A DNA stretch of 34,844 bases. Origin: Nanobdellota archaeon. GTDB taxonomy: Archaea > Nanobdellota > Nanobdellia > Pacearchaeales > JAHJTO01. Of the stretch, positions 1 through 7,948 are shown piece by piece (within the stretch, counting starts at the first letter, position 1; each line of letters opens with the position of its first letter). Both the position numbers and the translations under genes were made by a program. The notes beneath the pieces are model-generated. The model did not search any database and was not told the origin of the DNA. It was given only the letters and a program-made list of their open reading frames with translations. The DNA lies in contig JAHJTO010000041.1 in NCBI GenBank assembly GCA_018829845.1, positions 1-34,844 of the forward strand. Reading direction: 5' to 3'.

Positions 1-2
1 AA

Positions 3-983
3 TCAAAAAAATCAAATTCAAAGAATGAATATGACATTATAATAGTCGGGGCAGGACCTGCAGGAATCGCAGCAGGAATTTATACTGCAAGACAGAAACT
101 AAAAACATTAATGATAACAAAGGATATTGGGGGTCAACTTTCTTTGACGGCTTCCATTGAAAATTGGCCCGGAATAAAATCAATATCAGGATATGGTCTC
201 CTCAAAACTTTTGAAGATCACCTAAAACAATATGATCTTGCTCTTGAAAACGGGGAGGTTTTAGACATAGGAAAGAATGGAAAGGGATTTGTGGTAAAGA
301 CCCCCGATAAAACATTCTTCTGCAGGGCAGTTATTGTTACTGCTGGAAGAATATCAAGAAAATTGAATGTTCCTGGTGAAAATAAATATCTTGGAAAGGG
401 GGTTTCATCCTGTGGGACCTGCGATGCCCCGCTTTTCAATGGAAAGGAAGTTGCAGTGGCCGGAACAGGAAATACCGCAATGAATGTTGTCCTATTGCTA
501 TCAAGATATGCAAAAAAAATAAATCTCATAAGCAAATATGATAAATTGAAGGGGGACAAAGTTGTAGTCGATAGAATAAATGATTTAAAGAAGAAAGGAA
601 AAATTGAAATATTCTATTCTTCAAAAACTCTTGAAATTATGGGCGATGATGAGAACCCAGGGTTCTGTCATGCCGGAAAGCGAAGCATTTCCCAGCATAA
701 ATTTGTCAATGCAATTAAGATAGAACATAATGGGAAAGAAAAAATCTTGAAGGTCGATGGAATATTTGTGGAAATAGGGATGACTCCTGAAACTGAATTT
801 GCAGATGTTAAAAAGAATGAGAAAGGCGAGATAATAGTCAATAACAATTGTGAAACAGATGTAAAAGGCATCTTTGCGGCAGGAGACTGCACAGATGTTC
901 CGTATAAACAGATAATTATCTCTTCAGGAGAAGGAGCAAAGGCTGCCTTATCCGCATCAAAATATATTGATTCACTGGACTAA
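3..983 (+). CDS. trxB: Thioredoxin-disulfide reductase-like flavoprotein. The 5' end runs off the window; the frame is open back to nt 3.
   Basis: Upstream of the listed Met the same frame reads ..YDIIIVGAGPAGIAAGIY (FAD GxGxxG). Also present: redox-active CGTCD (cf. CATCD), a second dinucleotide fold VAVAGTGNTAMN, and GIFAAGDCTD near the C-terminus. Confidence 0.85.
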   Translation, partial: SKKSNSKNEYDIIIVGAGPAGIAAGIYTARQKLKTLMITKDIGGQLSLTASIENWPGIKSISGYGLLKTFEDHLKQYDLALENGEVLDIGKNGKGFVVKTPDKTFFCRAVIVTAGRISRKLNVPGENKYLGKGVSSCGTCDAPLFNGKEVAVAGTGNTAMNVVLLLSRYAKKINLISKYDKLKGDKVVVDRINDLKKKGKIEIFYSSKTLEIMGDDENPGFCHAGKRSISQHKFVNAIKIEHNGKEKILKVDGIFVEIGMTPETEFADVKKNEKGEIIVNNNCETDVKGIFAAGDCTDVPYKQIIISSGEGAKAALSASKYIDSLD

Positions 984-993
984 TCATACTAAA

Positions 994-1194
994 ATGAGCT
1001 ATACAATAAAACAAGACAGGGAAAAATGCATGGGCTGTGGAGCATGTGTAGTTGCATGCCCTGAGAATTGGGAAATGAAATCTGATGGAAAGGCAAGGCC
1101 CAAAAAGCTTAAGATAGAAAAGAAAGATCTTGAGGGAAACAGAGAAGCCGAGGCAGTATGCCCTGTGCAGATAATCCACATTCTACAAAAATAA
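994..1194 (+). CDS. Small 4Fe-4S ferredoxin
   Basis: CMGCGACVVACP (CxxCxxCxxxCP) plus a distal CP (AVCPVQ). Start taken at the internal Met (MSYTIKQD), 10 nt after the trxB stop, because the listed 967 start overlaps trxB. Confidence 0.7.
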   Translation: MSYTIKQDREKCMGCGACVVACPENWEMKSDGKARPKKLKIEKKDLEGNREAEAVCPVQIIHILQK

Positions 1195-1253
1195 AAATTC
1201 TTCAGATAAATTCTGATAGCAATCTTTAAAAAGGTAAACAGTGTTAACTAATT

Positions 1254-1634
1254 ATGATTGACTGTTTAACCCAAAAAGTAGAACTTAATTATATCATTCC
1301 AGCCATAAGGAAGGAAATGATAAAAATTCTTGAAAGCAAAGAGTTTACCGATGCTGAAATCTCAAGAAGACTGGGGATAACAAAGTCTGCTGTTTCCCAG
1401 TACAAGCACAATAAAAGGGGATCAAAGATAAATTTCTCTGAAAAAATAAATAAGGAAATAAAAAAATCTGCTGGAATGGTTTTGAAAGGAAAAAAAGCAG
1501 ATCCTGAAATAAACAAAATAATCAAAATGCTGAAAGAATCCAGAGGGATATGCACCATATGCAAATGCACTGAAACTGGAAATTTCAGGCACGCCAAAAA
1601 TTCGAAGAATTTTTCAGCGGAGTGTAAAAAATGA
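1254..1634 (+). CDS. HTH transcriptional regulator with a Cys-rich C-terminal tail
   Basis: HTH-like segment TDAEISRRLGITKSAVSQYKHNKRG and C-terminal CTICKC. Sits immediately upstream of nifS/iscS. The last ~25 codons overlap hairpin-repeat sequence. Confidence 0.55.
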   Translation: MIDCLTQKVELNYIIPAIRKEMIKILESKEFTDAEISRRLGITKSAVSQYKHNKRGSKINFSEKINKEIKKSAGMVLKGKKADPEINKIIKMLKESRGICTICKCTETGNFRHAKNSKNFSAECKK

Positions 1635-1657
1635 TGAGAAGCATTTTGTGTTTCGGT

Positions 1658-1689
1658 CATGCCAAAAATCTGGAGGATTTTTCAGCATG
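1658..1689 (+). promoter_or_regulatory. Leader hairpin of the CATGCC/GCATG family: GGAGG in the loop, start codon of the cysteine desulfurase gene in the 3' arm
   Basis: CATGCCAAAAATC-TGGAG-GATTTTTCAGCATG. It forms 7 bp (A/T tract) plus 5 bp (CATGC:GCATG) with a 1x2 internal loop. The final ATG is nt 1687-1689. Confidence 0.6.
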
Positions 1690-2853
1690 AAAATCTACAT
1701 GGATCATTCGGCAACAACTCCTGTGAGAAAAGAAGTTGTGAAAGCGATGGAGCCACTTTTCCTCAGAAAATTCGGCAATGCCTCCTCCATTCATTCGTTT
1801 GGAAAAGAAGCCAGGGAAGAAATGGAAGAATCAAGAAAGAAAATTGCAAGAATAATAAATGCTGAGCCAAATGAAATAATATTCACATCTGGAGGAACCG
1901 AATCTGATAACCTTGCCTTAAAGGGGATAGCCTTTGCGAACAAAGAGAAAGGAAATCATATAATCGCATCAAAGATGGAGCATGATGCCATCTTGAACAC
2001 ATGCAAATATCTTGAAAAACAAGGATTCAAAATCACTTATTTGAATGTAAACTCTGAGGGAATTATCAATCTAAATGAATTAAAAAAATCAATCAATGAT
2101 AAAACTATCCTTGTGAGCATAATGCATGCAAACAATGAAATTGGAACAATCCAGCCAATAGAAGAAATAGGAAAAATTTGTTCTAATAAGGGGATTTATT
2201 TCCATACTGATGTTGTTCAAACATTCTGCAAGGAAAAAATAGACGTAAAAACCATGAATATCTCTTTGCTTTCAGCATCATCCCATAAAATATATGGTCC
2301 AAAGGGTGTTGGATTCATGTATGTTAAAAAAGGAACTAAAATAATTTCCCTTTTGCATGGGGGCGGACATGAATTTGGAATAAGATCTGGAACGGAAAAT
2401 ATTCCGGGAATTGTTGGATTTGCAAAAGCTGCAGAAATTGCAAACAAGGAAATGGCAAAGGAAAATGCTAGATTGAAAAAGTTGAGAGACAAAATAATAA
2501 AAGAACTTTTGAAAATAAAAGATTCCAGATTAAATGGTTCTATGAAAAATAGGCTGTCAAATAATATTAACATGTCCTTCAGAGCAGTTGAAGGAGAATC
2601 ATTGATTCTATCTCTTGATGCCGAAGGCATTGCAGCTTCAACAGGCTCCGCATGTTCTTCAAGATCGCTGGAGCCTTCCCATGTTTTGGTTTCACTTGGA
2701 TTAAAACCAATAGATGCTCACGGATCATTGAGATTGACTCTTGGAAAAGACAATAATGACAAAGATGTAAAAGAAGTTATAAATAAAGTTCCAAAGATAA
2801 TAAAAAGATTGAGAATGTTCAGTCCCAAATTAAATATTGAAGGAATTTGTTAA
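1687..2853 (+). CDS. iscS: Cysteine desulfurase (NifS/IscS class)
   Basis: MKIYMDHSATTP N-terminus, PLP-lysine motif SSHKIYGPKGVG, and active-site loop STGSACSS. Start moved to the Met at 1687 (the conserved N-terminus starts here and a GGAGG lies 10 nt upstream). Confidence 0.9.
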   Translation: MKIYMDHSATTPVRKEVVKAMEPLFLRKFGNASSIHSFGKEAREEMEESRKKIARIINAEPNEIIFTSGGTESDNLALKGIAFANKEKGNHIIASKMEHDAILNTCKYLEKQGFKITYLNVNSEGIINLNELKKSINDKTILVSIMHANNEIGTIQPIEEIGKICSNKGIYFHTDVVQTFCKEKIDVKTMNISLLSASSHKIYGPKGVGFMYVKKGTKIISLLHGGGHEFGIRSGTENIPGIVGFAKAAEIANKEMAKENARLKKLRDKIIKELLKIKDSRLNGSMKNRLSNNINMSFRAVEGESLILSLDAEGIAASTGSACSSRSLEPSHVLVSLGLKPIDAHGSLRLTLGKDNNDKDVKEVINKVPKIIKRLRMFSPKLNIEGIC

Positions 2854-2860
2854 GTATAAT

Positions 2861-3175
2861 ATGGCACAAATCAAAAAAACAAAAATGATTGGGAACATCG
2901 AACGTTCCCATCATGCCGGAAAGTCACACTTTCCAAGCATAATACAGCCAAAAGAAAGCATATCAGGGGATATGACAATTTCAGAAGTTGTCACACATTA
3001 TCCTGAGACAATGCCTGTTTTCATGCAACATGGCATGACCTGCTTTGGATGTCCCATGGCGCTGATGGAAACGGTGGCGCAGGGAGCAGAGGCCCATGGA
3101 ATGGATGCAGAAGATCTTGTTGAGGCATTGAACAAGGCTATAAAAAAGAAAAAGAAAATCAAAGTAATAAAATAA
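2861..3175 (+). CDS. DUF1858 / hybrid-cluster-protein-associated redox-disulfide-type small protein
   Basis: DMTISEVVTHYPETMPVFMQHGMTCFGCPMALMETVAQGAEAHGMDAEDLVEALNKAI is the typical CxxC DUF1858 pattern. The start is uncertain (2861 or a later Met). Confidence 0.7.
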   Translation: MAQIKKTKMIGNIERSHHAGKSHFPSIIQPKESISGDMTISEVVTHYPETMPVFMQHGMTCFGCPMALMETVAQGAEAHGMDAEDLVEALNKAIKKKKKIKVIK

Positions 3176-3176
3176 C

Positions 3177-4802
3177 ATGGCATTAGACTATACCAAAGAA
3201 GTAATGAAGCATTTCACACATCCCAAAAATTTGGGTGAGATGAAAGACGCAGATGGAATAGGGAAAGTTGGGAACATAACCTGCCTCGTTCCAGGACAAA
3301 AGATACATTCAAACCATTCTTTGATAGAGATAGAAAAATTGGATGTGGGGGATTCTGTTTTAAATCATGAAGGAAACCCTGATAAGGTCAGTAGTAATCA
3401 TTCAAGAGAACATAATGGAAAAGTCATAGAACTAAAAAATAGCCTCGGAAAGATAAAATTGACCCCTGAACATTTGATCCTTGCGATTAAAACTCCAAAA
3501 GGCCAAAAGTTCTTAAGGAATAAATGGAGAAGAACCATTGTTCCCTCATGGTATCATGCTGCAGATTTGAATAAAAGAGATATAGTCCTTTATCCAATTG
3601 TTAGAAAGGCCGAAGATATTGAAACAATCGATTTGAATATTCCAAAATTAAAGTGGGATTTTAGAAGTAAATCTATTCCAAAGAAAATACCTATTAACGG
3701 GGATTTTCTCAGATTAGCAGGATATTACTTATCAGAAGGCCATGCTTCATTAAGAATAACAAATGTCTGTTTGAACTTCTCTTTTCATATTGACCAGAAA
3801 GATTATGCGAATGACATTAAGAGCATAGCAAAAGAACTTTTTAACCTAGATGCAGTAATCAGAGAGAATATACCTCATAAGACCTTGGTAGTGTACTTGC
3901 ACAGCGCTCCTTTGACAAGATTCTTTAAGGATTTGTTTGAAAAAGGCGCAGAGAATAAGAGAATCCCCGAGTTTATGATGATTCTTCCTTCAGAAAAGCA
4001 AAAAGAACTTATTAAAGGGCTTTGGAGAGGTGATGGCTATGTGAACTTGAAAAGAGCCGGCCCCCGAGCAGGGTATGTTACGATTTCTTCCACCCTTATA
4101 CAACAGATAAAGACATTGCTGCTAAGGCAATGCATTGTTCCTTCAATGTATGAAGAGGCTGAACAAACAATAAGGGGAGTCAAGCATAGAAGATCATTTA
4201 GAATACATGTGGGCCAAAGAGAATCCTTAGTAAAATTATGTAAAATTCTTAATATAGATTATATCCCAAAATCTTATCCATCAATAGATTCATGGTTCAC
4301 TAATTATAATCTTTATACCCCTATAACCGGAATAAATAAAGTAGATTACATTGGAAAGGTCCATAATTTAGAAGTTGAAAACTCTCACTCTTTCACTTCA
4401 GAGGCATTTACTCTTCACAATTGTGGCGATATCATAATGATTTTCATAAAAATCGGAAAGAGAAAATCAGGCGAAGAATTCATCAAAGATATAAAATTCA
4501 AAACTTTAGGATGCGCTGCAGCAATAGCCACAACAAGCATGATGACTGTTCTTGCGAAGGGAAAAACCCTTTCTGAGGCAATGAAAATAACAAATTCAGA
4601 TGTAATAAAAGGACTTGGGGGACTTCCTAAAATAAAACACCATTGCTCCCTTCTTGCCGAAGAAGGCCTTGGAGAAGCACTCTATCATTATCTTAAAAGC
4701 CACAAAAAACAAATTCCAAAATCTCTTGAAGCCAAACACAAGAGGGCGGTGCTTTCTCAAAAAGCATTCCATGCGAAGCATGATCAAAGTCATAAATCAT
4801 AA
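3177..4802 (+). CDS. iscU: IscU/NifU-N-type Fe-S scaffold protein interrupted by an intein
   Basis: N-extein is ..GIGKVGNIT. C-extein is CGDIIMIFIKI..LGCAAAIATTSMM..HHCSLLAEEGL, which carries the three IscU cysteine motifs. 380 aa of intein lie in between. Confidence 0.85.
   Translation: MALDYTKEVMKHFTHPKNLGEMKDADGIGKVGNITCLVPGQKIHSNHSLIEIEKLDVGDSVLNHEGNPDKVSSNHSREHNGKVIELKNSLGKIKLTPEHLILAIKTPKGQKFLRNKWRRTIVPSWYHAADLNKRDIVLYPIVRKAEDIETIDLNIPKLKWDFRSKSIPKKIPINGDFLRLAGYYLSEGHASLRITNVCLNFSFHIDQKDYANDIKSIAKELFNLDAVIRENIPHKTLVVYLHSAPLTRFFKDLFEKGAENKRIPEFMMILPSEKQKELIKGLWRGDGYVNLKRAGPRAGYVTISSTLIQQIKTLLLRQCIVPSMYEEAEQTIRGVKHRRSFRIHVGQRESLVKLCKILNIDYIPKSYPSIDSWFTNYNLYTPITGINKVDYIGKVHNLEVENSHSFTSEAFTLHNCGDIIMIFIKIGKRKSGEEFIKDIKFKTLGCAAAIATTSMMTVLAKGKTLSEAMKITNSDVIKGLGGLPKIKHHCSLLAEEGLGEALYHYLKSHKKQIPKSLEAKHKRAVLSQKAFHAKHDQSHKS
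3282..4421 (+). mobile_element. Intein with LAGLIDADG homing-endonuclease domain (1140 nt, 380 aa)
   Basis: Starts with Cys (CLVPGQKI) and has block B TxxH (LTPEHLIL). The two LAGLIDADG motifs are LAGYYLSEGHA and LIKGLWRGDGYV. Block F/G is VHNLEVENSHSF..TLHN, followed by a +1 Cys. Confidence 0.85.
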
Positions 4803-4805
4803 TCA

Positions 4806-5534
4806 ATGATTCCTTACAAAACATTTGGAGAATTATTTAGCATAGGTTCTTTCCATGTCCAGGCATGGGGCCTCATGGTTGCCATAGGGTTCCTTATAGG
4901 ATTATTTGTTATAACTCTTGAAGCTAAAAGAAGAAAGCTGAATCTTGATTCAATCTATGCTTTGGTCCTATTCCTTTTTATTGGGGGGGTTCTGGGAGCA
5001 AGAATCGGGTGGATTTTAACTGAGGCCCCATCAAATCTTTCTTTTATGGATTATCTGAACATATGGAATGGTGGAATGGTTTCATTTGGGGGGCTGATTG
5101 GGGGATTGATTTTTATGGCCATTTATGCTTACTACAAAAAATTGAATATGCTAACCTATCTTGATGTCTTTGCAATTGGCATTCCTCTGGGACATGCAAT
5201 AGGAAGAGTTGGATGTTATTTGATAGGAGACCATTTAGGAAAAGAAACCGTGATGCCATGGGCAATACTTATGAATGGTCAACTGACTCATCCAATAATC
5301 CTTTATGAAATAATATTGTTGTTAGGAATATTTGCTTTAATGATTTACATGAAGAATAAAAAACTTCCAAAAGGAAGTTTATTCATGACATACCTTGCGT
5401 CATATTCAGTCGGAAGATTCTTCATAGATTTTTTCAGAGTTGATCCAACATATCTTGGATTGACTATTGCGCAATATGCTTGCATAGCATTTATAATACT
5501 CTCAGGAATACTTTTGTGGAGGAAAAAACAATGA
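4806..5534 (+). CDS. lgt: Prolipoprotein diacylglyceryl transferase
   Basis: Polytopic membrane protein with GGMVSFGGLIGG, the GHAIGRVGCYLIGDHLG signature, and HPIILYEII. Confidence 0.8.
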   Translation: MIPYKTFGELFSIGSFHVQAWGLMVAIGFLIGLFVITLEAKRRKLNLDSIYALVLFLFIGGVLGARIGWILTEAPSNLSFMDYLNIWNGGMVSFGGLIGGLIFMAIYAYYKKLNMLTYLDVFAIGIPLGHAIGRVGCYLIGDHLGKETVMPWAILMNGQLTHPIILYEIILLLGIFALMIYMKNKKLPKGSLFMTYLASYSVGRFFIDFFRVDPTYLGLTIAQYACIAFIILSGILLWRKKQ

Positions 5535-6031
5535 AGAACAAAATAGTCGGGATGATTGTGATCGGACTTGCCCTAGTCATAGCATTTATAACATGGTCAT
5601 TCAATCATGCTCTAACAAATATTGTAGATGCATCTTGTTCCCATGGCCCTGCTTGTCCAATGTACGGGGAAATTTCTTTTCAAACAAATGTGGGAATTGG
5701 CTTGATTGTTCTTATCATAATCATCGGGCTCTATTTGATCTTTTTTGGAGAAGACAGGGTGGAAATCATAAGAAAAATAAGGATCAAGACTGAAAAGAAG
5801 GCAGAGGAAGAGAAAAAAGACTATAGCAAAATCACAAAGACTATGACTGCTGATGAAAAGAAAATTTTCGGTCTTGTTTTAGATGCAAAGGGGGTCATAT
5901 TCCAATCAGAACTCAATGAAAAATCCCAATTCGACAAAGTCAAAGTCACAAGAATTCTAGATAGGCTTGAAGGCCAAGGACTGATTGAGAGAAGAAGAAG
6001 GGGAATGACAAACGTCGTAATATTAAAATGA
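5531..6031 (+). CDS. Membrane-anchored winged-helix (MarR-like) DNA-binding protein
   Basis: Two predicted TM helices flank CSHGPACPMY. The C-terminal wHTH reads FGLVLDAKGVIFQSELNEKSQFDKVKVTRILDRLEGQGLIERRRRG. ATGA start/stop overlap with lgt. Confidence 0.6.
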   Translation: MKNKIVGMIVIGLALVIAFITWSFNHALTNIVDASCSHGPACPMYGEISFQTNVGIGLIVLIIIIGLYLIFFGEDRVEIIRKIRIKTEKKAEEEKKDYSKITKTMTADEKKIFGLVLDAKGVIFQSELNEKSQFDKVKVTRILDRLEGQGLIERRRRGMTNVVILK

Positions 6032-7233
6032 TTAGAATGAAATCCAAATTTGAGCTTCTTGCTCCAGCAGGGGATTTTCCCAGCATGATTGCTGCAATTG
6101 AATCAGGAGCAGATGCAGTTTATTTCGGATTAAAAGAATTTAACATGAGGGATTCTGCCATGAATTTCAGCCTTGGGGATTTGGAAAAGATAAACAAAAT
6201 ATGCAAAAATGTGAGGAAATACCTTACACTCAACACAATAATTTATGATTCTGAATTAAAAAGATTAGAACATGTCATAAAGAAAGTTAAGGGAAAGATT
6301 GATGCAGTAATCTGTTGGGACAACTCTGTCATTGAGTTATGTAAAAAATACAAAATCCCCTTTCATGTTTCAACCCAGGCATCTATCGCAAACTCTCAGT
6401 CAGCAAAATTCTACAAAAAGTTGGGAGCAGAAAGGGTTGTTCTTGCAAGAGAATTAAATCTTGATCAAATAAAAAAGATAAGCAAAATAATTGATGTGGA
6501 ATGTTTTATCCACGGGGCAATGTGTGTTTCAATATCGGGAAGATGCTTTATTTCCCAGCATATGTGCAATAAAAGTGCAAACCGCGGAGAATGTTTGCAA
6601 TTCTGCAGGAGATCCTATATGATAAAAGATGATGAGGGCAATGAATTAAAGCTTGAAAACAGCCGGGTGATGTCTGCAAAAGATCTTTGCACTCTCCCAT
6701 TCATTGAAAAGCTGAAAAAAGCAGGAATAAAATCTTTTAAAATTGAGGGGAGAAACAGGTCTCCTGAATATGTGCAGGCCATTGTTTCAGCATATAGAAA
6801 AGCGCTGGATAAGAAATTGAATAAAAATGAAGTAGAAAAATTGATTGCAGATATTAAAAGAGTGTATAATCGCGGATTCTCCTCAGGATTCTATTTGGGA
6901 CTTCCAACTTCTGATGATTTTTCAAAAAGTGAAGATGGAGAGGCTCTTGAAAGAAAGGCAATACTCGGGGTAATTGAAAAATACTGGCCAAGGGCGGGAG
7001 TGGCTGCATTGAAAATACAAAATGGGAAAATAAAATTGGGAGATGAAATATACATTCGTGGAAGGGGAAGTTTGAAAAGAATAAAAATAGATAGAATGGA
7101 AATAAATCATCTGCCAATCAATAATGCAAAAAAAGGCATGATGGTTGGAATTAAAACTCCTCCATGTCATAAAGGTGATGAAGTTTTCCTAATTGAAAAA
7201 AATGATGGTCGAAAGATGCGACATGGCAAATGA
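6028..7233 (+). CDS. Peptidase U32 family protein
   Basis: ELLAPAGDFPSMIAAIESGADAVYFG N-terminus and the Cys-rich core SGRCFISQHMCNKSANRGECLQFCRR typical of U32. Confidence 0.85.
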   Translation: MIRMKSKFELLAPAGDFPSMIAAIESGADAVYFGLKEFNMRDSAMNFSLGDLEKINKICKNVRKYLTLNTIIYDSELKRLEHVIKKVKGKIDAVICWDNSVIELCKKYKIPFHVSTQASIANSQSAKFYKKLGAERVVLARELNLDQIKKISKIIDVECFIHGAMCVSISGRCFISQHMCNKSANRGECLQFCRRSYMIKDDEGNELKLENSRVMSAKDLCTLPFIEKLKKAGIKSFKIEGRNRSPEYVQAIVSAYRKALDKKLNKNEVEKLIADIKRVYNRGFSSGFYLGLPTSDDFSKSEDGEALERKAILGVIEKYWPRAGVAALKIQNGKIKLGDEIYIRGRGSLKRIKIDRMEINHLPINNAKKGMMVGIKTPPCHKGDEVFLIEKNDGRKMRHGK

Positions 7234-7279
7234 ATTCTAAAAACCAATAATTTATAAAAAAAGAATTCTATGATTATAT

Positions 7280-7690
7280 ATGATAAAAGAGGAAGTGGCG
7301 GGTCTCCACATTAAAGAAAAACATCCCGTCCTTGTGGAAAAAAGAACTCTCGGCCAGAGGGCTGCAGATAGAATCACCGCTTCGGCAGGAAGCTGGACAT
7401 TTATTTTAATATTCTTTGGATTTATCATTATGTGGGTGACAGTAAATACGGCCTGGATTATATTCGGAAAGTCCTGGGATCCATACCCATTTATTTTACT
7501 TAATCTTGCATTATCCTGTTTGGCCTCCATACAGGCACCTATGATTCTAATGTCACAAAACAGAGAAGCACAGAAAGACAGGATCCGTGCCCACTATGAT
7601 TATGCTGTTAACAGAAAGGCTGAAAAAGAAGTTAAGGGCATAATAGAAGAGATTAGGGAAATAAAAAAGCTATTAGGCAGGAAAAGATAA
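7280..7690 (+). CDS. DUF1003 membrane protein
   Basis: LGQRAADRITASAGSWTFI.., DPYPFILLNLALSCLASIQAPMILMSQNR, and a C-terminal coiled segment. Confidence 0.7.
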   Translation: MIKEEVAGLHIKEKHPVLVEKRTLGQRAADRITASAGSWTFILIFFGFIIMWVTVNTAWIIFGKSWDPYPFILLNLALSCLASIQAPMILMSQNREAQKDRIRAHYDYAVNRKAEKEVKGIIEEIREIKKLLGRKR

Positions 7691-7768
7691 CTCCTTCTCT
7701 TAAATGTGGCATGGTGGGAAAATGTTAAAAACCCCGTTTTCCAAGATTATTATAAGAAGGAGGTTGAA

Positions 7769-7948
7769 ATGGCTTTATTTACAAATCTAATTTACATTGT
7801 CGGACTATTGTGCGCCGTTTGGGTGATATATGACGTATTTGCAAAGAACAATAAACTTAAAACAGGAATGAAAGTTTTGTGGACAGTTCTTGCATTGTTC
7901 TTCAGCATAATAACCGCAATAGTCTACTACTTCGTTTACAAGAAGTAA
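7769..7948 (+). CDS. Small two-TM membrane protein (PLD-nuclease N-terminal-like)
   Basis: LLCAVWVIYDVF...LWTVLALFFSIITAIVYYF. Start moved to the internal Met, which is preceded by AAGGAGGT. Confidence 0.55.
   Translation: MALFTNLIYIVGLLCAVWVIYDVFAKNNKLKTGMKVLWTVLALFFSIITAIVYYFVYKK

Noticed and set aside
218-892. Antisense ORFs 218-559 and 668-892 (and similar shadow ORFs throughout the track, e.g. 1289-1660, 2217-2630, 9129-9407, 14360-14866, 15646-16101, 24601-25116, 30389-31150, 33583-34029)
   Set aside because: Each lies entirely inside, and antisense to or out of frame with, an ORF that has clear family motifs or better operon context. Their translations are low-complexity, Phe/Leu/Ser-rich mirror products typical of AT-rich DNA.
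1021-1075. Dense GCATG/CATGC occurrences inside the ferredoxin gene (and in the HMA motif near 8360) as extra hairpin-family copies
   Set aside because: They are explained by Cys/Met/Ala codons of the CxxCxxC motifs (TGC ATG, GCA TGT, GCA TGC). They lack the A-tract/T-tract arms.
1648-1686. Upstream start (1648) for the cysteine desulfurase, and the overlapping ORF 1659-1865
   Set aside because: The conserved NifS/IscS N-terminus begins at MKIYMDHSATTP (1687), which has a GGAGG 10 nt upstream. The extra codons are just the leader hairpin read as protein.
7234-7279. GAATTCT...AGAATTC inverted repeat between the U32 and DUF1003 genes, and the palindromes at 8003-8016 and 8057-8072, as family hairpins
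   Set aside because: They are short A/T-rich palindromes without the CATGC/GCATG clamp. They may be simple terminators or chance palindromes in AT-rich spacer DNA, and the evidence is insufficient to include them in the family.
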